Positions 28,092 to 38,170 of a stretch of 64,000 bases of DNA are shown piece by piece; the stretch's first letter is position 1; every line of letters starts with the position of its first letter. The stretch is from Candidatus Saccharimonadia bacterium (GTDB lineage: Bacteria > Patescibacteriota > Saccharimonadia > UBA4664): contig DATIIV010000012.1 in NCBI GenBank assembly GCA_035479295.1, forward strand, positions 1,010 to 65,009, written 5' to 3'. The notes beneath the pieces were generated by a model, which did no database searches, was not told the origin of the DNA, and was given only the letters and a program-made list of their open reading frames with translations. The position numbers and the translations under genes are program-made.

Positions 28092-28979
28092 ATGATAAAG
28101 CGACTTGCGCTGCCGATACTATGGCTGCTGGCTCTGGCCGGTGTGCTGGTGGCGCTGGTGCATGGGCATACCATCGCAGTGCTGCAGCCTCGGGGCATTA
28201 TTGGCTTGCAGGAGCGGGACTTGATGGTGATCGCGACGCTGCTCTGCCTCATCGTGGTGGTGCCGGTCTTCGTGCTGACGTTTGTGATTGCTTGGCGCTA
28301 CCGAGCCAGTAATACGCGGGCTCGCTACACGCCCGATTGGGACGGCAATCGCGCCCTGGAGCTAACCTGGTGGGGGATTCCGCTGGCCATCATCTCGGTG
28401 CTGGCCGTCATTACGTGGCAGAGTAGTCATCAGCTCGATCCATACCGGCCGCTGGCCTCGAGCCAGCCGCCGTTGACGGTGCAGGTGGTGGCGCTGGATT
28501 GGAAGTGGTTGTTTATTTACCCGGATCAGCGTATCGCCACGATTAATTATCTGCGCCTGCCGGTGGGTCGGCCGATCAATTTTGAGATTACGGCCGACGC
28601 GCCCATGAACTCGTTCTGGATTCCGCAGCTGGGCGGCCAAATGTACGCCATGGCCGGCATGAGCACCCAGCTGCACTTGATGGCGAGCCAGGCCGGCACC
28701 TACGGCGGCTCATCGGCCAACATTAGCGGCCGGGGTTTTGCCGGCATGCGGTTTACGGCCCAGGCGGTGGCGCCGGCCGACTTCGACGGCTGGGTGGCGA
28801 GCAGTCAGCGCGGTACCAGCCACCTTACCGTCGACGCCTACCGCGATCTGGCCCGCCCCAGCCAAGATCACCCGATCGCCACCTATGCAGCGGTGCAGCC
28901 GGGGCTGTATGATGCCATTATTATGGATTACATGATGCCGATGCCGGGTGGCGACATCGCGCTGGGGGCGGCGCAGTGA
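28092..28979 (+). CDS. cyoA: Cytochrome bo3-type quinol oxidase subunit II
   Basis: [49 protein letters not shown]; no CuA ligands. Confidence 0.95.
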   Translation: MIKRLALPILWLLALAGVLVALVHGHTIAVLQPRGIIGLQERDLMVIATLLCLIVVVPVFVLTFVIAWRYRASNTRARYTPDWDGNRALELTWWGIPLAIISVLAVITWQSSHQLDPYRPLASSQPPLTVQVVALDWKWLFIYPDQRIATINYLRLPVGRPINFEITADAPMNSFWIPQLGGQMYAMAGMSTQLHLMASQAGTYGGSSANISGRGFAGMRFTAQAVAPADFDGWVASSQRGTSHLTVDAYRDLARPSQDHPIATYAAVQPGLYDAIIMDYMMPMPGGDIALGAAQ

Positions 28980-30931
28980 ATCTGCTGGGCAAACTTAATC
29001 TGAGCGCCTTCCCGCACGATCCCATCACGGCCGGTGGGGCGCTGATGGTGGTGGGCGGCGGCCTGGCCATCGTGGCGCTCATCACCTATTTGCGGCGTTG
29101 GCGCTGGTTGTGGCGCGAGTGGCTCACCACGGTGGACCCCAAGAAGATCGGCGTGATGTACATCGTGGTGGCGCTGGTAATGCTGCTGCGCGGTCTGGCC
29201 GATGTGCTGCTTATTCGCACCCAGCAGGCGCTGTCGGTGGGCAGCTCGCACGGGCTGCTCGACGCCTACCATTTTCAGCAGATCTTCTCGGCTCACGGCA
29301 CCATCATGATCTTTTTTGTGGCTATGGGCCTCATGTTTGGCCTCATCAACCTGATGGTGCCGCTGCAGATTGGTGCCCGCGATGTAGCCTTTCCGTTCCT
29401 CAACGCCACCAGCTTTTGGCTATTTGCGGCCGGTATGGCGCTGGTTAATCTATCGCTGGTAGTGGGTGAGTTTTCGGCCGCCGGCTGGCTGGCCTACCCG
29501 CCGCTGTCGGAGTTGCAGTACAGTCCCGGCGTGGGCATCGACTATTGGATTTGGAGCTTGCAGATTGCCGGTGTCGGCAGCTTGCTGTCGGGCATCAACT
29601 TCTTGGTCACTATCCTCAAACTGCGCCGCCCCGGCATGACCATGATGAAGATGCCCATGTTTACCTGGAGCGTCTTTAATGCCATGGTGCTGGTGATCTT
29701 TGCCTTCCCGATTTTAACCGCCACCTTGGCCATGCTGGCGCTCGACCGCACCCTGGGCATGCACTTCTTTACCTCGGGTTTTGGCGGCAATCCCATGATG
29801 TACGTCAACCTGATTTGGGCCTGGGGCCACCCCGAAGTCTACATTTTGATCTTGCCGGCCTTTGGTGTCTTCTCGGAGGTGGTGTCGACGTTCTCGCAAA
29901 AACGGCTCTTTGGCTACACCTCGATGGTCTGGGCACTGGGCGCCATCACGTTCTTGAGCTTCGTGGTCTGGTTGCACCACTTCTTTACCATGGGCGCCGG
30001 GGCCGATGTGAACGCCTTCTTTGGCATTATGACCATGATCATCGCGATACCCACCGGCGTCAAAGTCTTTAACTGGCTCTTTACGATGTACCGCGGCCGC
30101 ATTCGGTTTACTACCCCTATGCTGTGGTTTTTGGGCTTTGTGGTAACCTTTACCGTCGGTGGCGCAGCTGGAGTGCTACTAGCGGTGCCGGCCATCGACT
30201 TCCAAGTCCACAACAGTCTGTTCCTGGTAGCGCACTTCCATACCATGATCGTGGGCGGGGTCGTGTTTGGCTTCTTTGCTGGGCTCACCTATTGGTTTCC
30301 CAAGATCTTTGGTTTTACGCTTAACGAACGACTGGGGCGGTACGCCTTTTGGTGCTGGTTCGCGGGCTTTTTGACGGCTTTTATCCCGCTCTATATTTTG
30401 GGCATGCTTGGCGCCACGCGCCGGCTCGATCACTACGATGCCTCACTGGGCTGGCAAGGTCTGTTTATTGTGGCGGGGGTGGGCGCCGCACTGATCTGCG
30501 TGGGCGTGGGCTTCCAGCTGCTGCAGCTGGGTTACAGCATCTGGAAGCGGCACGACAATCGCGATACCACTGGCGATCCGTGGAACGCCCGCACCCTGGA
30601 GTGGGCGACCACCTCGCCGCCGCCGGTCTACAATTTTGCTACCTTGCCGGCCGCGCCGGAGCGCGACGCCTGGTGGGCGGCCAAGCAGGCCGGCGTCAGC
30701 AAGCAGCCGGCGGTCTACGAGGACATTACGCTGCCCAAGAACACGCCGCTGGCACTGGTGATCGCGGCCTGGGCTTTTGTGTTCGGCTTCGCTTTCATCT
30801 GGCACATTTGGTGGCTGGCGGCGGTGGGCTTGGCCGGGGTGATTATTACTTTGGTGATGCGCTCGTTGGATGAGGAACCGGAGTACACGCTTACGGCTGC
30901 CGAAGTGAAGCGCCGGGAGACGGCTGCATGA
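28976..30931 (+). CDS. cyoB: Cytochrome bo3-type quinol oxidase subunit I
   Basis: [25 protein letters not shown]; quinol-site LRG.AD. Confidence 0.97.
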   Translation: MNLLGKLNLSAFPHDPITAGGALMVVGGGLAIVALITYLRRWRWLWREWLTTVDPKKIGVMYIVVALVMLLRGLADVLLIRTQQALSVGSSHGLLDAYHFQQIFSAHGTIMIFFVAMGLMFGLINLMVPLQIGARDVAFPFLNATSFWLFAAGMALVNLSLVVGEFSAAGWLAYPPLSELQYSPGVGIDYWIWSLQIAGVGSLLSGINFLVTILKLRRPGMTMMKMPMFTWSVFNAMVLVIFAFPILTATLAMLALDRTLGMHFFTSGFGGNPMMYVNLIWAWGHPEVYILILPAFGVFSEVVSTFSQKRLFGYTSMVWALGAITFLSFVVWLHHFFTMGAGADVNAFFGIMTMIIAIPTGVKVFNWLFTMYRGRIRFTTPMLWFLGFVVTFTVGGAAGVLLAVPAIDFQVHNSLFLVAHFHTMIVGGVVFGFFAGLTYWFPKIFGFTLNERLGRYAFWCWFAGFLTAFIPLYILGMLGATRRLDHYDASLGWQGLFIVAGVGAALICVGVGFQLLQLGYSIWKRHDNRDTTGDPWNARTLEWATTSPPPVYNFATLPAAPERDAWWAAKQAGVSKQPAVYEDITLPKNTPLALVIAAWAFVFGFAFIWHIWWLAAVGLAGVIITLVMRSLDEEPEYTLTAAEVKRRETAA

Positions 30932-31506
30932 GTCAGGCCCTGGAGACCACCACCAAGTCGCAGCTCGGCTTCTGGGTCTACTTAATGACCGACTGCATCT
31001 TGTTTGGCAGCTTATTTGCTACCTACGCCGTGCTGCATGGCAACACCTTTGGTGGTCCGGGTGCGGCCGAGCTGTTTAGCCTGTCGTTTGTGTTGGCCGA
31101 GACGCTCATTCTGCTTACGAGCAGTTTTACGGCTGGCCTGGCCACGCTGGCGGCCCGCCGCGGCGACAAAATGCAGGTGCTGCTGTGGTTTGGCCTTACT
31201 TTTGTATTGGGCGCGGCCTTCTTGGGTCTGGAATTATCGGAGTTTAGCAAACTGGCGCACGAGGGCAATGGCTGGCAGCGCAGCGGCTTTTTGTCGGCTT
31301 TCTTTACGCTAGTGGGTACGCACGGACTTCACATTGCTACCGGCCTGCTGTGGATGGGCGCGCTGCTAACGCGGGTGATGCGCGGCGGCCTAACGCCGAC
31401 GGCCGTTAAGCGCCTAACCTTGCTAAGCCTCTTCTGGCACTTTCTCGACGTTATCTGGATCTTCATTTTTACCATTGTTTACCTAATGGGGGCGTTACAG
31501 GTATGA
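30928..31506 (+). CDS. cyoC: Quinol oxidase subunit III
   Basis: [32 protein letters not shown]. Confidence 0.95.
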   Translation: MSQALETTTKSQLGFWVYLMTDCILFGSLFATYAVLHGNTFGGPGAAELFSLSFVLAETLILLTSSFTAGLATLAARRGDKMQVLLWFGLTFVLGAAFLGLELSEFSKLAHEGNGWQRSGFLSAFFTLVGTHGLHIATGLLWMGALLTRVMRGGLTPTAVKRLTLLSLFWHFLDVIWIFIFTIVYLMGALQV

Positions 31507-31859
31507 GGCAGCTGGGTACGCGCACTAAGTATGTCATGGGCTTTTTGCTGTCGGTGTTGCTAACGCTCGGCGCCTACCTGGTAGTGGTGACGCCGGCGGC
31601 CGGGTTGACGCGCAGCTGGATCGTAGCGGTGATTCTGCTGCTGGCCACCGTACAGTTGGCCGTGCAGCTCTACTTCTTTTTGCACTTGGGCCAGGAGGCC
31701 AAGCCACGCTGGAATCTCTTAACGTTTGGCTTTATGGCGTTGGTGCTAGGCATTTTGGTGCTGGGATCGCTGTGGATTATGGCTAATTTGAACTACCACA
31801 TGCAGTCGCCGTCGCAGCTCGATCACTCCATCATCAAGGATGAGGGAGTTCAGCCATAA
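31503..31859 (+). CDS. cyoD: Quinol oxidase subunit IV
   Basis: Y..GF.LS..LT, QL.FFLHL, GSLWIM.NLN. Confidence 0.92.
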   Translation: MRQLGTRTKYVMGFLLSVLLTLGAYLVVVTPAAGLTRSWIVAVILLLATVQLAVQLYFFLHLGQEAKPRWNLLTFGFMALVLGILVLGSLWIMANLNYHMQSPSQLDHSIIKDEGVQP

Positions 31860-32722
31860 CCCTGCAGACCGTTCGAACGTACTACCAGCTCACCAAGCCG
31901 GGCATCATTTACGGCAACGCCATGACGGCGGCGGCCGGTTTTTTGCTGGGCGCGCGCGGGCAGGTGGATCTGGAGTTGTTGGTGGCCATGCTGGTGGGGC
32001 TGTCGCTGGTGATTGGCTCGGCCTGCGTCGTTAATAATTATTTGGACCGGGGTATCGATGCCGTCATGGCCCGGACCAAACGCCGGGCACTGGTGAGCGG
32101 GGCGGTGTCGGGGCGGGCGGCACTGGTGTATGCGGCGGTGCTGGGTCTGGTTGGGTTGGGGTTGCTGGTGGCCTACACCAATGAGCTGACAGTGGCAATC
32201 AGCCTCGTTGGCTTCGTCGACTATGTGGTGCTGTACGGCTGGGCCAAACGTCACACGGTGCACAGCACGCTGGTCGGGAGCATCTCGGGGGCGGCGCCGA
32301 TCGTGGCCGGTTACGGTGCCGCCACGGGCCGTTTTGACCTAGGCGCCGCGCTCCTGTTCGTCATCTTGGTGGCTTGGCAGATGCCGCACTTTTACGCCAT
32401 TGCGCTCTATCGCGGCACCGATTATGCCGCCGCCCAGCTGCCAGTGCTGCCACTGGTGCGCGGCGTGCGGGCCACTAAGGTGCAGATATTGGCTTACATC
32501 GTGGCTTTTGTGGCGGCCACCTTGGCGCTGGCGGCCTATGGTTATGCCGGCTGGATTTACGCGGCCGTAATGGTACCCACCGGTCTCGTCTGGTTGCGAT
32601 TGGCCTGGCAGGGCCTGGGCGCCATCAACGACGAGCGGTGGGCGCGCGGCCTCTTCCGGTTCTCGCTGATCATTTTATTGGTCTTTAGTCTTATGATCTC
32701 GCTTAATAGTCTGCTGTGGTAG
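31856..32722 (+). CDS. cyoE: Protoheme IX farnesyltransferase (heme O synthase); start apparently non-canonical (ATA 31856 or CTG 31862)
   Basis: Conserved YYQLTKPGIIYGN lies in frame upstream of ATG 31922; NN..DR.ID..M.RT..R, WQMPHF. Confidence 0.92.
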   Translation: MTLQTVRTYYQLTKPGIIYGNAMTAAAGFLLGARGQVDLELLVAMLVGLSLVIGSACVVNNYLDRGIDAVMARTKRRALVSGAVSGRAALVYAAVLGLVGLGLLVAYTNELTVAISLVGFVDYVVLYGWAKRHTVHSTLVGSISGAAPIVAGYGAATGRFDLGAALLFVILVAWQMPHFYAIALYRGTDYAAAQLPVLPLVRGVRATKVQILAYIVAFVAATLALAAYGYAGWIYAAVMVPTGLVWLRLAWQGLGAINDERWARGLFRFSLIILLVFSLMISLNSLLW

Positions 32723-32760
32723 TCTGGCCGAAAAGCTTAGGCTAAGGGTATAATGGGCTT

Positions 32761-33195
32761 ATGAAAGCGGCCCCCAAGTCTCAATCAACTCAGCGACCAA
32801 CCAAAGCACAGAGGGTCCAGGCAGGGGCGGCGGCCGTGGCAGTGGGGGCCATCACGCTGGCGATCGCAATGCTCATCAATCAACCTCATGCCGACCTGGT
32901 GCTGGGGCTAACGGCCGGCCTGGTTCTGATCGGCTTGATTATGTTGCTAGCGGGCGGGATTACGTTTAGGCGCCAGCCTTATTCAAAGCTGCTGGGATTT
33001 GCTATTATTCTAGCCTTCGTTGCGGCGGCGGCGCTAACGGCGGTCTTGTCGATGAGTGGCGCGTCGGCCTGTCCGGGTACGCAGGACTGCGACACGAGTT
33101 TTGGTCTGGGTTTGCCGTTTATTGCGGTTGTGCTGTTCCCGATCTGTCTGCTGGTATTAACGCTAGCGCGATGGCTAGGCCGGCTGGCGACGTAG
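32761..33195 (+). CDS. Hypothetical membrane protein
   Basis: Four hydrophobic segments, CPGTQDC loop; leaderless promoter. Confidence 0.65.
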   Translation: MKAAPKSQSTQRPTKAQRVQAGAAAVAVGAITLAIAMLINQPHADLVLGLTAGLVLIGLIMLLAGGITFRRQPYSKLLGFAIILAFVAAAALTAVLSMSGASACPGTQDCDTSFGLGLPFIAVVLFPICLLVLTLARWLGRLAT

Positions 33196-33200
33196 CGCGT

Positions 33201-33307
33201 AAGAGGTGGCGGTGATGCCCCCGAGATCGGTAATTTGACTCCTCCTAGCGTCACTGTCATCAGAGCAGATGGCTACCAAGCAGCTGGCGCACCGTTCGCC
33301 GCCTCTT
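33201..33307 (+). ncRNA. Candidate structured RNA (nested rod)
   Basis: AAGAGGTGGCG/CGCCGCCTCTT, GTGATGCC/GGCGCAC, GGTA/TACC and ATTTG/CAGAT, with G-U pairs on the + strand. Confidence 0.35.
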
Positions 33308-33331
33308 TCTGATAAAATAGCCATAAGCTAA

Positions 33332-34009
33332 ATGAGGCGGCCAATTATGTCAGGTCGATTATGGCACGCACGCTATCCGCAGGGTATTCCAGCCCGCGTG
33401 CGAGTAGTGGCGGCTTTTGTGAGTGGGGCGGTGGCCGGGTTTATCGCGCTGGGGCTGGTGGGCTGGAAGTTCGTGCCGCTGGCCGCTTGGGATGTGGCGG
33501 CGCTGGTGTACATGACCTGGACCTGGCGCGAGATCTGGCCCATGACCGCCACCGCTACCGCGCGTCACGCCAACCGCGAAGACCCCTCGCGCGTCGGCGC
33601 CGATGTGCTGCTGATTGTAGCCAGCCTGGCCAGCTTGATCGCGGTGGCCATGGTGCTGGTGGGGGCTGGTAGCGCCAGCGGCTGGGGGCGCCTGCTGCCG
33701 GTGGCGTTGGGTGTCGTCAGCGTGGTGCTGTCGTGGGGTTTAGTGCATACCGTGTTTGCCCTACGCTATGCCAAAATCTATTACCAAAAGCCCGAGGGCG
33801 GCATCGACTTTAACGGCGCTGAGCCGCCGGCCTACAGCGATTTCGCCTACCTGGCCGTCACCATCGGCATGACGTTTCAGGTTTCTGATACGGCCTTTCG
33901 AGCCGCCACTCTGCGTCGAGTTGCCCTGCGGCATGCGCTACTGGCCTACCTCTTTGGAACGGTAATCGTGGCCACCACCATCAACCTGGTGGCTGGCCTG
34001 AGCAAGTAG
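33332..34009 (+). CDS. DUF1345 family membrane protein
   Basis: AWD, EDP.R, SW..VHT.FAL.YA, P.Y.DF.Y...IGMTFQVSDT. Confidence 0.88.
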   Translation: MRRPIMSGRLWHARYPQGIPARVRVVAAFVSGAVAGFIALGLVGWKFVPLAAWDVAALVYMTWTWREIWPMTATATARHANREDPSRVGADVLLIVASLASLIAVAMVLVGAGSASGWGRLLPVALGVVSVVLSWGLVHTVFALRYAKIYYQKPEGGIDFNGAEPPAYSDFAYLAVTIGMTFQVSDTAFRAATLRRVALRHALLAYLFGTVIVATTINLVAGLSK

Positions 34010-34013
34010 CTCG

Positions 34014-34325
34014 ATGGTGTCGAATCAGGCCTCGTCCTCGCTGCCTGAGCTGCCGGCCGGTGTCTATCGCCATTATAAAGGCCAGTATTATCTCGTTTTA
34101 GGCTACGGCCACGACAGCAATTACGCTGATCGTACCGTGGTGGTGTATGTGGGTCTGCAGTTAGAGGGCGCCTTGCCCAATGCGCCCCGGCTCAATGTGC
34201 GCACGGTTGCCGACTTCTTTGGCCTGGTCGGCTCGGGCCAGCCGCGCTTTAGCTACGTGGGGCCGGTTTGGTCGGGGGAGCCGGATCAAGGCCACGACGC
34301 TGGCGCTGCACCGCATACTCCTTAA
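34014..34325 (+). CDS. DUF1653-like protein
   Basis: G.YRHYKG..Y.V.G, VVY, PRF.YVG. Confidence 0.7.
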   Translation: MVSNQASSSLPELPAGVYRHYKGQYYLVLGYGHDSNYADRTVVVYVGLQLEGALPNAPRLNVRTVADFFGLVGSGQPRFSYVGPVWSGEPDQGHDAGAAPHTP

Positions 34326-34767
34326 CCGTTAAGTAAACGATGATGAAGTCGAAGACCGTCAGGGCCACCAGCCAGAACGAGTAACCTAGGCTCAGCCGGT
34401 AGAGCTGGTAAACAATAAAGCCCGACGTCACGATAATCAGCCCCGGATAAGCCCACAGACGGTTATAAAATATCTCGATGACGAGCACTACCTTAACGAT
34501 GCCGTGCGATAGCAAATAAGCTGCCGCAAAGAGCATGACGCCGCGGGTGAGGCCCTGGCTCGTATGCAAGATATGGCTAGCAATAAAGTCGTGCGGGTTA
34601 TCGGACAGCTCATCTTGGGTCAGAAAGAGGGCAAATTGCTGAATAGTCTCGGGCCGAATCAGCAGGCATAGTATGCCGCCGATAATCTCGATGAGGCCAT
34701 TGGCGGCTTTTAAGAGAATGCCGACCTCAAATATCTTATCGAGCCGAGTTTTTGCGACGAATGCCAT
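34249..34767 (-). CDS. DUF2127 family membrane protein
   Basis: LK...G.IE..GG, EL...PHDFIA, YLLSHG.VK, WAYP, LT.FD. Confidence 0.8.
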   Translation of the reverse strand: MAFVAKTRLDKIFEVGILLKAANGLIEIIGGILCLLIRPETIQQFALFLTQDELSDNPHDFIASHILHTSQGLTRGVMLFAAAYLLSHGIVKVVLVIEIFYNRLWAYPGLIIVTSGFIVYQLYRLSLGYSFWLVALTVFDFIIVYLTVKEYAVQRQRRGLDPAPPTKPAPRS

Positions 34768-34840
34768 GATGCCATTGTAGCAGGGTGACCCCTCGCCCGG
34801 GGAGATGGCCGGACGAGGGGTCGGCAGGTGATCGATGCGG

Positions 34841-35395
34841 CTACCTCCAGCTGTGGCCGACGTCGATCACGAGGCGGTTGGGACTACTGAGCGTGAAGAC
34901 GCGTAGTGGCAGTCGAGCCCGCGCGCCGACGGCGCTGGTGATGTGGCCCTCGAAGGCGCCGCCCCAGGTGGCCGACCAGATGCCGAGCCGGTTGGCGGTG
35001 GGGACCATCGGGCCGAGAACCGAGTAGGTCAGGCTCGGCGAGGCCTGCTCTTGCAGGTGGACGGCGATGAGCCCGCCGGTGCCGTGCGGCGTGTGGCTCG
35101 ACATGGGCAGGTCTTGGCCCTCGGTGTAGACCTCGCTGGCGTAGCCCACGTGGTAGGTGGCGGGCAAGGCGCCGGGCGCGAAGTCGAGGACGAACCGGTC
35201 GAAGCAGCCATCGTCGCCAATGCGCGCGCCGGTCAGCTCGGCGCTGGTGGCGCCACTGCCGGTCTTGTCGCCGCTGCCCCAGCCGGCGATAACGCTGGCG
35301 CAGGCCGAGCTGGCGTTGGCCGGTGCCGCGCCCAGTAGCAAGGCTGCCAGCGCGCCGATGATCGCCATTATGGCGGTCGGTCTGAATCGTCTCAT
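34841..35395 (-). CDS. Secreted AMIN-like domain protein of actinobacterial type
   Basis: Signal peptide; R.G...CFDR.V.D, Y.VGY, G.FEG....GVG.RARLP.RVF.L..P.RLVIDV.H.W; SD GGAGG; hairpin 34787-34822. Confidence 0.8.
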   Translation of the reverse strand: MRRFRPTAIMAIIGALAALLLGAAPANASSACASVIAGWGSGDKTGSGATSAELTGARIGDDGCFDRFVLDFAPGALPATYHVGYASEVYTEGQDLPMSSHTPHGTGGLIAVHLQEQASPSLTYSVLGPMVPTANRLGIWSATWGGAFEGHITSAVGARARLPLRVFTLSSPNRLVIDVGHSWR

Positions 35396-35549
35396 GGGCC
35401 CCTCCGGGCTGATTGATGGAACAGACTTCTTTACTATGGACGCAACTTTGCGCCATTGCAAAGGCTAAATCGCCAAATATTAAGGTCTTAATATCTCGTC
35501 ACCTCGTTAGAAAAGGGTGTATAACTAAGATAAGAAAGCGGGAATAGCT

Positions 35550-36122
35550 ATGGCCAAGACCTCGAGTGCTGCTTCGCTCCGACTGACGCTACGAGCCTGG
35601 CTGCCCTTGGTGGTAGTCGTGGTGGGGCTGGTGGCGTTTGGTTATGTGGCAGTGCAGCAAAACTACCGCCAGAGCGCCAACGATCCGCAGCTGCAGCTGG
35701 CCAGCGACGCCGCCACGCTGATCAAGAACGGGGCCGAGCCGGCTGCGGTGGTGCCGGCCGCCCGGGTAGACCTGGCCAGCTCGCTGGCGCCGTTTATGCT
35801 GATTGGCGATGGGTCGGGCCGGCTGGTGGCGGGCAATGGTTGGCTGGCTGGCTCGACGCCGCTGCCGCCCGCCGGCGTCTTTGCCGACACGCTGCGCTCG
35901 GGCAGCCGCAGCTTTACTTGGCAGACGGCCGCTGGAGCTCGCTTTGCGGCGGTAGCTGAGCCGGCCGGCGACGATGTAGTGGTGGTGGCGCGGTCGCTGG
36001 CGCCCACCGAGCAGCGTATTGGGCGACTCACCGTTATGGCGGCTCTGGCGCTGATCGGTTTGTTGGTCGCCACCCTCGGGGCCGTAATGCTGGCGCGGGG
36101 AGTGGCGCCGGTCGGGCGGTAG
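35550..36122 (+). CDS. Conserved membrane protein (sensor-like extracellular domain)
   Basis: QQ.YRQSANDPQ.QLA.D, VD...SL.PF, P.GVF, TWQ..G.R.A, RSL...E. Confidence 0.7.
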   Translation: MAKTSSAASLRLTLRAWLPLVVVVVGLVAFGYVAVQQNYRQSANDPQLQLASDAATLIKNGAEPAAVVPAARVDLASSLAPFMLIGDGSGRLVAGNGWLAGSTPLPPAGVFADTLRSGSRSFTWQTAAGARFAAVAEPAGDDVVVVARSLAPTEQRIGRLTVMAALALIGLLVATLGAVMLARGVAPVGR

Positions 36123-36180
36123 GGGCTTGATGAGCGCCACTATTGGACGAAGGTAAACGCGGTGGAGTACCATAAGGCTA

Positions 36181-36966
36181 ATGCTTAGCAAGAGTCCGTC
36201 ATCATCTAGTCAAGCGGCTCTGGCCGTAGAGTTGCAGTCGGTGGTAAAAACCTATGGCAAGTTTAAGGCCCTCGATGGGCTGAGCTTGCAGATTCGGTCG
36301 GGGGAGTTGTATGGCTTAATTGGCCCAAACGGCGCCGGCAAGACTACGGCGATTCGGCTGATTACCGGGCTGCAACAGGCCACTAGCGGCCAGGTGCGGG
36401 TGCTGGGCCACGATCCACAGGCAGCGGTGGTGCGGCCACTGGTAGGTTATATGCCGCAGGAGACGGCGCTCTACCCCGACCTCACGCCGCGTGAGAATTT
36501 GGCTTTGTTTGGGCAATTATATGGCTTGGGCCGGCCCGAGCTGGCCGCCCGCATCACCGAGCTGTTAGCGCTGGTGGAGCTGTCGCGCTGGGCCGATACG
36601 GTGGTAACCAACTTGTCCGGCGGCATGAAGCATCGGGCCTCGCTGGCCGCGGCCTTGCTGCCGCGCCCGCGTTTGCTGGTGCTCGATGAGCCGACGGTAG
36701 GGGTTGACCCGGAGCTGCGGGCGGCGTTCTGGGCCCACTTTGACGAGATGCGCCGGGCTGGCACTACCATTCTGCTCACCACGCACTATATGGACGAGGC
36801 CCTGCGCTGCGAGCGGGTGGGATTGGCTAGCCAGGGCCGGCTCATCGCCGAGGCGCCGCCGGCCGAGCTCATGCAGCAGACCCACACCAAGAGCCTAGAG
36901 GCGGCCTTTTTGGCCTTGGCGGGCCGGGCCAAGGCGGCAGCGGCTCAGCCCGAGGTGGCCGTATGA
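36181..36966 (+). CDS. ABC exporter ATP-binding subunit
   Basis: GPNGAGKT, LSGGM, LDEPTVGVDP, TTHY. Confidence 0.92.
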   Translation: MLSKSPSSSSQAALAVELQSVVKTYGKFKALDGLSLQIRSGELYGLIGPNGAGKTTAIRLITGLQQATSGQVRVLGHDPQAAVVRPLVGYMPQETALYPDLTPRENLALFGQLYGLGRPELAARITELLALVELSRWADTVVTNLSGGMKHRASLAAALLPRPRLLVLDEPTVGVDPELRAAFWAHFDEMRRAGTTILLTTHYMDEALRCERVGLASQGRLIAEAPPAELMQQTHTKSLEAAFLALAGRAKAAAAQPEVAV

Positions 36967-38108
36967 AGCTCCGGCGCATCCTGGCTATCGCCCGCAAGCA
37001 GTTTTTGACCCTGCGCCACGATCCGCGCACTCTGGCCCTGATGCTGCTGGCACCGATCATGGCTATGCTGATCTTTGGGTTTGCCTTTGGCAGCGAGCCC
37101 AAGCATGTGCGGGTGATGGTAGTGAATCAGGACCACGGCGCGCTGGCCGGCCAGCTTATTGCTCAGCTCGATCACGATACGCTCAGTATTACTACTAGCA
37201 GCGACGTGGCGGCCGCCAAGGACCAGGTGCGAGCGGGCAATAGCCAGGCGGTCATTGTGTTTGGGCCGGGCTTTACGGCCGATACTTCGCCCACGGTGGT
37301 CCGGCCCAAGGCGCCGGCCGTCACGCCCGTCGTCAAGCCGCCGGCCGGCACGCATGTGCAGATCTTCATCGATACCACCAATCAACAGCTGGCCGGCGTA
37401 GTGGTCAAGGAGCTGGCGGCCGGCGCTCAGCGCTACGCGCAGGCCAAGGGCGCCGTTAGCCCCATTACCTTCGACACCAGTTACGCCTTTGTTAAGGCCA
37501 AAGACGCACGTTATATCGACTACTTTGTACCTGGCATCATCGCCTTTGCTATCACGCTCTTTACTACGCTCCTCACGCTGCTGGCCTTTGTGGGCGAGCG
37601 CACCTCGGGCACACTCGACCGGCTGCGTGTCACGCCCGTCACCGAGGTTGAGATCGTGCTGGGCTACGAGCTTGCCTTTGGCCTCATTGCGGCGGTGCAG
37701 GGCGGGCTTATTCTGCTGGTAGCCTACTTGGTTTACCATATTTTAATTGTGGGACCGGTGGCCACCGCAGCCATTCTGGTGGTCCTCACCGCCATCGACG
37801 CCCAGGCCGTCGGCGTCCTCATCTCGGCGGCGGCGCGGCGCGAGAGCCAGGCCGTGCAGTTTTTGCCGTTTATTATCTTTCCCACCTTCTTGCTCTCGGG
37901 TGTGTTTGTAGCGGTGCAGAGCCTGCCCGACTGGCTGCGGCCGTTCTCGTACCTACTGCCTCCCACCTGGGCCATCGACGGCCTGCGCGACGTGCTGCTG
38001 CGCGGCTGGGGCATCGAGCACGTTTGGCCGCATGTGCTGGTGCTGGCTGGCTTTGCGATTGGTTTTACGCTCCTGGCAGTCCTAGGGTTACGCCGGTCAC
38101 GTGCCTAG
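36963..38108 (+). CDS. ABC-2 exporter permease
   Basis: RHDPRTL, Y.DYFVPG, ER.SGTL.RL, LSGVF. Confidence 0.88.
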   Translation: MKLRRILAIARKQFLTLRHDPRTLALMLLAPIMAMLIFGFAFGSEPKHVRVMVVNQDHGALAGQLIAQLDHDTLSITTSSDVAAAKDQVRAGNSQAVIVFGPGFTADTSPTVVRPKAPAVTPVVKPPAGTHVQIFIDTTNQQLAGVVVKELAAGAQRYAQAKGAVSPITFDTSYAFVKAKDARYIDYFVPGIIAFAITLFTTLLTLLAFVGERTSGTLDRLRVTPVTEVEIVLGYELAFGLIAAVQGGLILLVAYLVYHILIVGPVATAAILVVLTAIDAQAVGVLISAAARRESQAVQFLPFIIFPTFLLSGVFVAVQSLPDWLRPFSYLLPPTWAIDGLRDVLLRGWGIEHVWPHVLVLAGFAIGFTLLAVLGLRRSRA

Positions 38109-38170
38109 AGTAGGCAGCTTTTAGTAATCCTTGCCTATACGAGGCGCTCGCGGCTTAGTACAATGCGGCT

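Noticed and set aside
33230-33275. Hammerhead ribozyme (CTGATGA on -) or fluoride riboswitch
   Set aside because: No GAAA core or stem arrangement; crcB pseudoknot pairing absent.
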